A stretch of DNA of 61,077 nt, the filler included, from Sphacelaria rigidula (Eukaryota): NCBI GenBank assembly GCA_964200075.2. It is 8 parts of 8 records of this genome, joined end to end, with 100 filler letters (N's around TTAATTAATTAA, not from the genome) between each part and the next. Parts side by side here need not be neighbours in the genome. Positions count along the whole stretch, not along the records: positions 22,943 to 30,489 come from CAXNAA020014394.1; positions 30,590 to 38,136 come from CAXNAA020014395.1; 6 more parts are not named here. One strand, written 5' to 3'. The position numbers and the translations under genes were made by a program. The notes beneath the pieces are model-generated. The model ran no database searches and was not told where the DNA came from. It saw nothing but the letters and a program-made list of their open reading frames with translations. Below, one piece after another: positions 23,635 through 35,413 of the stretch. The number at the start of each line of letters is the position of its first letter. The first letter of the stretch is position 1.

Positions 23635-26600
23635 GAAGAGAACAACCTTCTGGGCGTCACCTACAACTGGCAAAACCAACCCCGCCCTGCCAGCTACGAT
23701 GACGTCCGAGCCCGATACCCACATCTACCCGCAAATCACCTCTCCCGCATCACGGCGGAGTACCTGCGGCAGGTCTACCTCCTGGATCATGGCACGATGT
23801 GGAGACCGGGATTCGTAGATGTGGTGTCGGTATTTGGTGGCTTCCAGCCTGGGGCCACCGGGGCCTCACGCCAGCGGCTTGGTCCAGCTGGTGATCAGTC
23901 ATTGTTGAGGAGGGTGGAGCCAGTTGGGATGCAGCGGGTGGCGGTTTCGGTCAGTCGGTGCAGTCGTTCGTTGTTAGCTTGCTGCGTCGTACTGTACGAC
24001 TGGGTTTCGCCTGCTGCGTTTTTTTGTACTCGTTTCGTGGTGTACAGCCCTGCTACATGCGGCGGCGGTATCATGATTATCATGATCACTATTTTTCTTG
24101 CCATTTTTGGTATCTTCGTTTTACATCCTCTTGTTTCAGACGTGATGCGGTGCTGAACGTTGTAAAGCTTATTGCGAAGGAATGATCTGGTTAGGAAAGT
24201 GACGATCAGCCACCCACGACTTTTTTTTTTATCTTGTAACTGCTGGTTAAGGGTACCTCCCCTCTCCACGGCTGACTAGCGTGCACGTGTTCAAAGGTGC
24301 CACCCTTCAAACCGTACTTCAAGGCTCAGGTTGGTGTACCTTATCTCTCCCACCTTGAAATCAGTGATTGTCTTAACATGCGCATATCAACGCTCTGATC
24401 CGCATCCCCACCTTTGCATACCCCGCACGCACCCCTCTCTCTCCTCGATTGATCGTCCCCTGCGTGTAGCAAGCAACAATGCTTCCGGCCCACAAGCGGG
24501 GCAATCCCCATCTTGTCAGACTATAACGAAATGGCTTCACTCTCCTCTACTCTCCCCCGCCGCCTGTATATCGATGCGCTCACGTGATGCGTGTTGGACG
24601 CAGAAACGAAGGACGGAATGTCGGAGGGAAGTAGTTTCGGCATGTCTCAAGCTTGTCGAGATACATGGTCGCGAGAAAAGACTGAGATCCAAGCATTTCG
24701 ACATCCGACGGAGGCTGAATGACGCAATCGAGCAGGAGAGCAAATACAAGGAGGAATCGGAGAAGGCTGTACAGGACGTACTGGTGACGAGAGGCTTTGC
24801 AAAGGAGAGGGAAAACGCAGGCCAGGAAAAGCAGCTAGAGCTCACCAGGTGTGTTGGGGGCGCAAAGGTTTTGTGTGTGTGTGTGGAGAGAGGTCGGCTC
24901 TTTTGGGGGGAAGGAAAAGAGGAGGGGACGGGAGCAACAATGAAGGGTACACTTCTGACATTCTCTTGTAGGGTACACGATCATGAGTACGAAGCCTAGT
25001 ATGGACGAAGTATGAAATTTTTAAGTATTCGTCACGTCGAAAATGCAGTATGTGTCTTCAGGGGTCTACAGTACCTTCCCCCTTTTTTCTATCCGAGGAA
25101 CTGGCAAACAGTCATCACAACATGTAAGATGGGAGGCGTGGCATCCCTGTATGGTTTCGCCTTCTGCATCTATCATAGTGATGTCCGCGCACCCTTTGAA
25201 TAGACGGAGCTTTGGGGGCAGGGAACATCGCTTATCGACTGCTCTGACGAGGAGTCGGGGTCTGTTGGTGCTTCACATTGTGTTGATATTGGTCCATCAG
25301 GGCGGGCGGGGGTGGGAGAGGAGAGGGGGGTTGGCGCCGGACACGACGATTACGTTTTTGGAGGGGGTGGCTAGACTTTGGGAGGGGAAGTGGTGAAGTC
25401 TGGCAACTTCGGCATCGTTGCGGGAGGCATACTACTGTAATGTTGTCTGGCCGTTCGTAGTCCTGCGCTGCTCGCGAAGTCGGCGAAAGGTTGATGTTTT
25501 CGCCGGGTCGTCAGACTTTACGTGCGTTGGTGCGCCACATGGAGGAAGGAGTTGAAGTGTCCGGCATCGTTTTTTCTGAATGCGTAACTGACGGCAGATA
25601 GGCTATGCGGGCAGTCGAACAAGACGAAAGACATGCCCTCGTACACGATCAGGCGATTACCATGTAAAGCCAAGACGGCAAAGTATACCATTGTAGTGGA
25701 GCACCTGCTACGGTTTTAGACGTAACATACTGGAGACACGATACACACAAAACACGCCTGGTGTCAGAGAAGAGCTAAGAGTGGTATGATATTCAGCCGT
25801 CAAAGTTTGATGGCATTTGTTGTTGGCGTCAACGCCACCAGGAAGTGATGCCGTCGCAGATATGACGCAGCGCTGCCGCCGCTTTACACCTTTCGGTGCT
25901 TTCACTTGGTTTGGAATGCTGCCCCTCAAGTTCGCGATGGTATTCCTTAGGTAGAGGTGCACCTGTGTTACACGAAGTAAAGAGTCGTGAGCGACGGAGT
26001 ATTCATAGCATGATCCTGTCAATGACCCCGTCGACGAATGGGACACCTCAGTTCGAACTCATTTTCAGAGTGACTGGTTATGATGACAATCCAACCGATG
26101 CACACCCCCACACGGAAATGATCAAACGACTTGAAGTCAACTAGAACGGTTGCCGGAAGCAAGCTCACGACGATTTTTTCACCACATGCCGCTGCCTATA
26201 TATACACCTGCCGCCGTCCTGTTTAAATTTTTCTAATGATGATTAGGTTGGGCCTAGAGAAGGAGGCGCAAAGTCTGGCAGCCGAGCGCGACGCTATCCC
26301 GGAGGCAATAGCGCGAGCGAAACGACATAAAGACTTTTGTTGGCGCCAAGCGCGAAATGACCGCTTCGTCACCAACTCGTTATCTCGCTACGACTTCCAG
26401 GTGAAATGATTAGTTGACTTTGATGGGACTACATTTCTGCTTCTGTCGGTGGGCTATCCCAGTGCTACACCATGGCTCCCGAGTCGTGCTGCAGTAGAGG
26501 AACACACACACACACACATCTATGAGGTTTGAGTTGTCATGAGCCCTCTATCCCATCCAAAAATCGACTTATATATGAAATATGTGAGAGCACGCCACGA

Positions 26601-28901
26601 CTAGCAGTACAATGGGCTAGGGATATCCCGAATGAATTTTGAAGACGGAAATTTCCTCACCCATGTTCTCGTGTAGCTCCTGACTTCACGAGCCCATGAA
26701 CGAGAAAATGATCTGGGCCCCGCTGGGCAACCCCTGCCGTAGCAGGATGCTCCCTTGGTGACAGGAATAGAGTGGTGGTGTTCTTCTGTTCAGTTTCCCT
26801 CGCGAGGGTGATAAAGCCGTGCACTTTCCACCACCCGTGTGCAACCAACCGTTGTAGGCCAGGGGCGTATGCACGCATCATGTTCTTGCCAATCGACGAG
26901 CCGGAGGAGTTCTGTTCGGTGGAGGCAGGAGGACCGGTCCCACCCCCCTCAGACGCATGGAGGTGAAGATGGTCGCAGAGAAAACTCGAGAGCTGGTGAC
27001 GGTCAACGGGCACGGGATAAATCCTGTTTACTGCATCAAGTACGATCAGACGGGGCAGTATATCTTCACCGGTGCTGACGACCGACTCGTAAAGGTATGA
27101 TGCTGTTTCGATAACGCGAGATTTATTTTTGCGAAGAATGACCTATCATATGCAGGGGGTAGAGGTGAGGGAGGATCTACAGCCTCGAAAGTGCTGCCCA
27201 CTTGACGCACGTGGGAGAAAAATACTAGCGTTCCACGCGTACGTCGGGTATTTTATTTTGCGTCATATCCACAGCTGAAGATGCATAAGATTTAGAACCG
27301 AAGCGAAAGATCGCTGGGTGATGCGTGCACCTTTCTGCCTTTCTGCCTTTCTGCCTTTCTGCCTGCCTGCCTGGGACTGAGTGGCGATTTTGTGATTATA
27401 TCCACGAATATAACAACAGTCATCTATGGAATCATCACTTTCAGTATCGTTTAGGCACCAACCGCCAAGCCCCGATCCATCCATCCATTCATCTATCCTT
27501 TTGTTTGCCCTTGGCGCTGGTCCTGAAACTGAAACAGGTGTGGTCGGCGATCACTGGCCGCCTACTGTTGACTCTCCGCGGCCACTCCAGCGAAATTACT
27601 GACCTTGCCGTCAGCCCGGACAACTCCTTGTTGGTGAGCTCGTCCGAAGATCGGAACCTGCGGGTCTGGGATCCCCGCACGGGTGCGTCGCTCGCCGTTC
27701 TCAGGGGGCACAGCCAAATGATTCACCTCGTGCGCTTCGCCCCCGCGGAGAGTATACTGGTTTCTGCTTCGGAAGACGGGACTTGCAGGGTCTGGGACCT
27801 CAGGAATAGGGCCAGGTGTGTGTGTGTGTGTGTGCTCGTGTGCTCGTGTGCTCGTGTGCTCGTGTGCTCGTGTGCTCACGATTCAGGTGTAGACTTGTCA
27901 CACGTATTTTTTGTGAGTTGTGAGTAGAGGTGCGGGTTGTACTTGTGTTATTTTCACGTTCATATAGATTTTCCTTGGTTACGCCCTGAGTGTTGTAGAT
28001 CCCCCCCGGAAGAAGTGCGCCCTCCTATCCCCAGGCTTCGTGCCCGGTCGGGTGCAAGATTTTTACGGGCACGGGTACGGATCAGAAAAAGCAAGGCAAG
28101 ATACGGAAATCTACTTATGTGTGTCCAAGTCCGTCCCCAGGAGGCTTACCCCCCTCCCCACCTCGATTATTCCCCTCGCCTGCCTGTGCAAATGCCCTCA
28201 TTTCACCGCGCGCCCGGCAAAATAACGATTGCATAAAAAATACGCCGAAACATGGGGGAAAAGTTTGGCATCGGAAGAAATCATCCCAATAGTGCTCCCG
28301 CACACGAATGAGCAAGGAGTCTGTGTGCCGGTGAAGTGCCTATCCGTCAGCCAGGCCGGTAACCTGATCGCTGCCGGCTGCAACGACGGCGCTGTGACCC
28401 TGTGGTCGTACTGGGACAACGACGAGCCGACCCCCAGCGGCCACAACACTCGCAGGGGCAAGCCTAGGGACGGCGAGGTCTTCCGCCGTCAGCGCCCGTC
28501 TGCCGACGACCGCTCACCGTCGCTTGCGCAAGCGCCGGCTGCGCCGTGGTCGCCCGTGGCGCAGGCGGCGGCGGCGGAGGGTGCGGTGAATATGGCACCA
28601 TTCGGGGCCGGTATCCCGGATTTTGGTATGGCAGATAGTGGCGGTGGAGCAGCTTTCGGTCCCTCTGGAGTGGTCGGTGCGGGCGAATCGGCAGGCGCAA
28701 CTGGCATGTTTCCTGGAAGTGCGGCGGGAGCGACGGCGGGGGCGGGAGGGTCGGGGGCGGCGGGGGCGGCGTCCGCTGGGAACGGAGAAGGAGCGCGTCG
28801 GGGGGGGGGTAGTACGCGCGGACGGGGGCGTGTTGGCGGTAGGGCGGAGGAGGAATGGGATGCGGGGCCTCTTGAAGTGCGGCGCGTCTTGAAGCTGATG
28901 G
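23635..28901 (+). CDS. BRWD/PHIP-like WD40 protein, partial; exons 23635-23949, 24604-24848, 26247-26400, 26858-27094, 27538-27815, 28264-28901
   Basis: N-terminal LLGVTYNWQNQPRPASYDDVRARYPHLPANHL resembles the BRWD N-terminus; [53 protein letters not shown]; all five introns GT-AG and phase-compatible; bromodomains not in contig. Confidence 0.88.
27816..27878. repeat. (GT)n then (GTGCTCGT)n intronic simple repeat
   Basis: Directly visible. Confidence 0.9.
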
Positions 28902-30589
28902 GTGAGCGGCGGATTGGCATGTATTTGTACCCTTCGGCTATGCGTGTGTGTACTGGTTTTCCCCGTGGCGGAAAATTCATTTCCTGTGCTCTGTTTTCAT
29001 TGCAATATTCCGGTGTTAATTCTGGACAGCGCTTGCGCTTTTTTTCCGTATGCTGCTTCCGTTGTGTATGCGTTGCTCGCAAGTAAGTGGTATCTTTGAC
29101 CAGGCCGTTCATAAAGTTACCACCTTCTGCACCCCGGATATCTGGCGAAGAATAAACCGAAAGACCTCATCCATATGACCTCTCTAGATATCTCACAGCA
29201 CCCGCGTGCAAAATTTCAGGGTCTCACTCGATAAAACGGCGTGAATTATCGCCCGAATGTGGTTTGAGTATACAACTGAACGCGGAATCCCCCGAACTAC
29301 TTGATTAGAGTATGCTACCAACGTTTTCCTTGTGCGCTTGAGCTTCAATCAAACGTTTGGGACCAGCTTTTCGAGCTACGCAACGAAACCTTGTACGATC
29401 GTTCCTTAGACTACCTCCGGACGGGTCGATTTTGTTTATTTATTATGAAGCAGTTTGTACCGGCTTCTGGGGTGTTCACGCTGAGACCACCGGAAGCCTG
29501 AATGAGCGGATGGCCATTAAATTGTTCTTAGACGGTGTTTGTTTCAAGTCGTAGCACCCATGTCTACCGAACTGCCAAGTGTACGAATGATCGGGCTTTT
29601 CGAAGAAAGATGCGAGAGAAATCGTCAAGAGACTTTCGGGATCTTCGATGCATATCATCATTGGAAATCCGACGTTGCCAAATCCCCACCTCACCGAAAT
29701 ACCACGTTTTGGGGTATAACTCAATCTCATACAAGGCGTTTTCTGAGATGTTTTTCGCGTCAGATTCCCTAGCTGGTGACGATTACCAAGGTTTGATTTT
29801 GATGAGATTGGGTTTAATTAATTAAGTCGAGATTTCGCATTTTTAATTTCAGAACAATTCGGAGGCATCTGATTAACCGAGAAACGTTTTCACCACCAGC
29901 GCCACGGTGGAAAACGCAATAAAAAATGTTGCCATGCCATACTGTTATTTTGCTTCTAGGGGTCACTATGATACCAAATACGTTTTTAGCTAGTCAGTTT
30001 CGCGTTCTGTATCTAATGCGGAATGCATTTTGGGCATTCACCCTGAACCAGCCTGTTCATACAGAGTAGACACCAGTGCTGCAGACACATTTGATACCAG
30101 TGGAATTTAAACATCTTCCGCCGAACTAATGTTCGAAGTTTCAAACATCCCCGTCACAATTCGCACATCCCCCCCCCCCCCCGTTTTGAGCTTTTTGGTG
30201 CCGTTGTGGGGCAGAGTCCAGGTCCTAATTTTCAGCTGGGGTGGACCCTCTCAGGCGCACGCTGTTGTTGTAGTGGCGTTGAAGTTTCCTGTCATTTCCA
30301 TGTGTGGCATTGTAACAGTACTGTCTGTAAAAGTTTTCATGCGGTTTCAGTATCGCTAAAACCTTGCACAAAACGGTCGCACATTCCCTCCCCCCCCCCC
30401 CCCCCCCCCCCCCCCCCTTCTTTTTCTTTTTTTTGTCAAAAGTTTTTTTTTTTCTTTTTGGTGTTTTGTGGTATTTTGTTGTTATAACGNNNNNNNNNNN
30501 NNNNNNNNNNNNNNNNNNNNNNNNNNNNNNNNNTTAATTAATTAANNNNNNNNNNNNNNNNNNNNNNNNNNNNNNNNNNNNNNNNNNNN

Positions 30590-31067
30590 TGTTGTCTCAG
30601 GCTATTCCAGATTCGGCTACAGATTTCTGTGACAGAAAACACTCTCGTTTTTTTCGGAAGTCACCCACATCGGCAGACTACAAGTTGCCTGCTGTCTGCT
30701 GTGCGGCATTTGTATGTACACTGTGCGTGTGTGTGTTGTAGTCTCATCTATTTTGGACGCCAGTCTAGACATTTTGGTATATATGGGTGCACCAGCCGGG
30801 GTCACACACAGAAGGTCCGTGTTCACTGAAACTGAAAAACACTGCATACTGCCGTGTTGTCTGGTGTTGAGTGTAGTACTCTGCAGTTCATACAGCACTG
30901 CAGAGTTGTCTGGTGCTGGGTGTACAACCCTGTAGTCAAGATAATGGGGTCATATTTTAGCAGTTTTCCGAAAGGCTCTGCTCGTTTTTTGAAAAGTATT
31001 CCGAAAAAAGGAGAGTGTTTTCTGTCACAGAAATCTATAGCCGAATCTGGAATAGCTTGAGACAACA
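30590..31067. mobile_element. MITE with ~70-bp TIRs
   Basis: TGTTGTCTCAGGCTATTCCAGATTCGGCTACAGATTTCTGTGACAGAAAACACTCTC inverted at ~31000-31067. Confidence 0.9.
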
Positions 31068-31762
31068 ACCAATTTAGAAAATGGAATTTGGCCGCTTTTC
31101 ACTCTCAATCGTATTCTCTACTTTCATTCTCACGAAAACGTTGTTAGTAGCGGTTTTGTGTCTTTCGTATGGCTCGTGGGTGAGAGCTTATGCCCAAAGA
31201 CTGGTCCTGAAATAGCCTGAGTCGCAATCTGCTCCCGCGACTTTTTTCACCTGAAGCCATGCTGCAGGGGCTCGCCATTTTTAGCTTTCCTCCGTTATTT
31301 TTCGTCGGAACCGGTTTTCGTTTCTTCCTTGTCTTGTTCTTCTCCGTCCCGTTTCTTTCCTTTCCTCTTCTTGCTTCTGTTTTGAATGTTTTCTTTCATT
31401 TCTAATATAATACGAAGTAGCGAGTTTCCCCGCTTTGTTCACCTTGGGTACGTCAGTCATGCGGAAAATGCCCACGGCTGGATCATGACTACCTTGGGGA
31501 TCAGCTACTATATTTTCCGACAGCCATTCAAATATCAAGTGATGTACAAACAAAACGTTCTGAGGGTATTGGCTCCGCTCCAGGCGAAACCCCAAGACAG
31601 TAATGGCATCCTCACTTGCACGTTTTCATACTACTGGCTGAGAGTGGACCCCGAGGGACATGGATCTAAGTCGCTATCCATCACTCTGTTACAAGGGCCT
31701 ACAACGGCACGTTCGGGGCTCAACTTCAAGCAAAACCGGAAACTACTTCAGCGGTAGCAGAT

Positions 31763-34180
31763 CTACACCATACACGACCTGACGCCGCTCTCTAGAAGTT
31801 CCTTCGACAGATGGCGTCCAATGAAAACCATCTTACAGCGCCGGGTCTCTCCCTCTCGCCACGCGCTGCCGACTACCTCCGTCGGCGCTACCTCAAATAA
31901 ATCCGCTACTCCCTGCACGACGAAGCGCTCATCACGACCGTGAACGCTCACCACCCCCTTTACGCGATACACTTCGGTTCCCCCCGGAGGTGGCTCCCAC
32001 AGCAAATCTCCGAGCCACCTCTCGAGACGCATAAGGTCCAATGACCCGGGCACTTCTACCGAATGCGTTGTCACTGCCGGGTCGTGCACTGAGCAAGGCC
32101 CCTCTTTTACAACAGCAGCGCATTCGGTACAGTCACCTTCCCCATGATCATGGACATTGTTATGACCGTGACTGTGATGCTGCTTTTCCTCGGCCATTTG
32201 TTTCTGGTGACTGTCACCCTCCACTTTTCTTGACCCCGGCTGGCTGCTGTCGCCAGAGAGACCTGCCGGTCTTGTTTCTTTACTAGCGTCTCCGCTGCTC
32301 AGCGACGGTTTTACTGTCGGCGCCAGACCAGGGTCAACCGCGAGTGCAAGCTCTGGATCGAAGCACTTGGTATCGAGGATTAAAGACAAGTTTACCACGG
32401 AGCGTTGTGTGCAATGCACTTGTGCGACAGCGTTGACGTGCCGTACTTGAGTCAGTACGTCATCTAGATCCTCCGCCGACACCAGGTCCGTCTGAAAGGA
32501 GAAGGTTGCAAAAACGGAGTGTGAGATGCAGGTTTGCCGCGGGGGTCGTGCAGAGTGTTGGGTGGTCTGCCTGATGTCGACAACGCCAATAACGAGGTAA
32601 CAAGCACGTCTTTGTGCGGACGCCCCAACCACTGAGGAAACACCACAGTGCACCAGAACAAGTCATCAATATGAACACATATAACGTGTGCTGACCTTGT
32701 TGACCAGTATGCGGTCGGCGTATGCCAGCTGCACGGCGGCCTCGTTTTGGTGCACGCCAGATCTGTCCTCCTGAGCGCTCTCTCTACCCCCTCCGGCAGC
32801 GGCACCACGCTCAGAGCTGTCTTCTCCCTCTGTTGTATCCGACGAAGTACGTTGCAACTGTCGCCGGATGTTCTTGGCGTCCACGAGCGTGATGATGCCG
32901 TCCAACCGCAGCACACTTTCCAGAGCATCGTCAAGCCAGAAAACACTAGCTACTGGACCCTGCCGAGGACGCCGAGTCAAACGTACAGATGAGTGAACCG
33001 TACCAAAATTAACTCACGCAACTAAGCAAAACATACACTATAATCATGTGTCGAGCAGAACGCTCCGGTGCGTCTCCGCTCAGCTCACATGTATTCTATT
33101 GCACCCGCTTCAAGACACGGTTATCACATGCAATCGTCAACAGCTAAACAAGCACAACAACCATAAAGAAAAGAACATTCCAATGAAAAAACACAAATCA
33201 TGCGTATTGTGGAGACTTGTGTTGGATATTATATCGAAAGTTTTGATGTATCGTATCGAAATATCGTCATCGTTATCGTATGGAAAACATTTCGATAAAA
33301 CGATAACGTTTTGTCGAATCTGGACACGTTTTCTCCTAGGCTGGGAGACCTTGATTAGGCCGATTCCGATGGGAAATAAAGCCATGTATCCCAATTTTTT
33401 TGCCTGCGGCGGCACGAGCCGAGGGGGGTGGGGGGGGGATTTGGAGCTCGAACAGCAAGCGGACTCGCTGGGCTTGCGGCGGTTCGGCTTCGCCGAAATT
33501 TTTCGAAATTTACCTTCATCGAGCGCTGAAAAAGCTGATATCGTATCGAAGTGCTAAATGGTTCGACATCCAACACTAGTGAAGATCACATATGTTATGA
33601 GCGTGATAAACACCAGGATACACATGGAAGCCGGGAAACAGTCTCGGGAACAAGGTCCGCCAGTGACTTACATGAACGGACTCGAAACATTCAAACCTGT
33701 GAAACTGGATCTTTGGCAACCTAGGCAACGGGGTCTCCGGCATAAAGAGCTCGGAACGAAGGAGCCACTGCATAAACCTTAATTGAACATTGCCGGTACT
33801 GCCGTACAGGTCCGTTCAATTGTTCTTCTTGCCCATCATCGGCCCACGGCCAAATCCTTGCCTAAACGACAAGGACAAAATCACACCTCACTTTGGAGAT
33901 CCTTCGGCAGCAGGGCACGACAGCGTTCTTCTTCGGAACCCGTAACTCTACCGCCTCACCCCTGTCGAAGCCTAGTTCACAGTATATTGTAACACAGTAC
34001 ACGAAGGATACCTACCGGGTTGGCAAGGCCTGTAGTCTCGATGATGATATAGTCGAACTTGTTTCGTCGCTGCAGCAAGGCCTCGAGAGTGGTCACCAGA
34101 TCGTCCTTGACCGTGCAGCAGATGCAGCCGTTTTTCAGCTCAAACAGGTTATCTTCCATCAGAGAACCATCGACACCGTC
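31763..34180 (-). CDS. ZNG1: COG0523/CobW-family zinc-chaperone GTPase (ZNG1/CBWD-like); last three exons 34180-34016, 32959-32696, 32491-31763
   Basis: ELKNGCICCTVKDD, IIIETTGLANPGPV, LDGIITLVDA, QLAYADRILVNKTDL, His-rich linker, CobW_C YRVKG...VQGV...VFIGR; phase-0 GT-AG introns; Walker A exon not found in contig. Confidence 0.93.
33217..33578. mobile_element. Short-TIR (hAT-like) MITE in ZNG1 intron
   Basis: Ends TTGTGTTGGAT / ATCCAACACTA with clustered subterminal TATCG(AA) repeats. Confidence 0.55.
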
Positions 34181-34231
34181 CTGTAGAGCAGGGGGCGTGA
34201 AGAGTGATCCATTATCACAGAGTTGGGGTTA

Positions 34232-34977
34232 GGGCCTGTCTTCGCACTTTTTTTTTCGATCGAAAAAATGAGGCGGTGGAACCGATCCGAGCGAAAATTT
34301 CTCGTTTTGATGCAGTTGGGTCCGGATGGATTGTCAAGCTTTCGATCCAACAAGTACAGTGAAACGCGTGAAACGGCACATGGTCACTCGTGTTCAGTAC
34401 AGTCTGGACTGTCTGCAGTGCTTCCAAGGAGGGTGTGTTGAGTGCGTGTGTGTGTTTTGTGGAGGAAGATATAAAGGAGAAGCAGGCAACGTGCAGCTTC
34501 GTACTGCCTGCATTGTCCATGAGCGTGCACGCAACTCGGTGGCCCATCGTACCACGCAGTTCCGTCGCTGATCCCTACCATGAGAGAAGATGTGCAAGAT
34601 TTCGCCAACAAAAGATAAACAACGCACACCCGACTACTGCAGTGTGTCTATCCCCGTGCTCAACTCGTGCTCTATGCTGCTGGGTTGCGGTGGTGGCTGA
34701 GAATGAGTTGGGTGGAGTTTGCATGGTCCTGTGAACAGGTGTTATATGGCGTGGTGGTCTGCAAGATTGGAATCAAGTGCCGTTTCGTGCCTTTCGACTG
34801 CATGTTTTTGATCGAAAAAAATCGTTTTCTCCCTCGTTGCATTCTTCTCAACGCGCCGCTAACTATAATTTTGAGTTGAAGCCTTCGAGGAACATAAATG
34901 CGGTGCACCTATCAGATCGGCAAAAAAAAATCGACCGCACTTTTCCGACCGAAAAAAAAAGGTGCTAAGACAGGCCC
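34232..34977. mobile_element. PIF/Harbinger-type non-autonomous element
   Basis: TIR GGGCCTGTCTTCGCACTTTTTTTTTCGATCGAAAAA vs TTTTCCGACCGAAAAAAAAAGGTGCTAAGACAGGCCC; TTA duplication on both sides. Confidence 0.85.
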
Positions 34978-35413
34978 TTAGGCTACTTATTATGTATCGA
35001 AACAACTCTATCAGAAAACGCGTTTTCTGATGAATGACCAAAACCCCACTTATTATGTCATTAGAAAACGCGTTTTCTGATAAAAAAAAATCCGATACGA
35101 GCTGGGCCAGCCTAAAAACGGAATTAACCTGTCAGAGCAATATCTCATCACCGGAAACGAATTACGCCGTGAACCGCATATCAAATTAATCGTCTCAACA
35201 AGGAGCGGATGCCCATATGCTCTCCAGCGTGGGCCCATGCCTTTCCTTTGATTCCTATCATCCTACACTGAAGTTAAGTCGCTTGCGAGTTGCGTTGAAG
35301 AAAAAAAAACGCATCTGAAACCGTCGGATGCTGCGTTGTGCCGACCAAAATGCGGTGGAATTAGATAATTGAGGCACAAGTGGCCACGTCCGCCACTTGT
35401 GCTGGTGGCAGCG

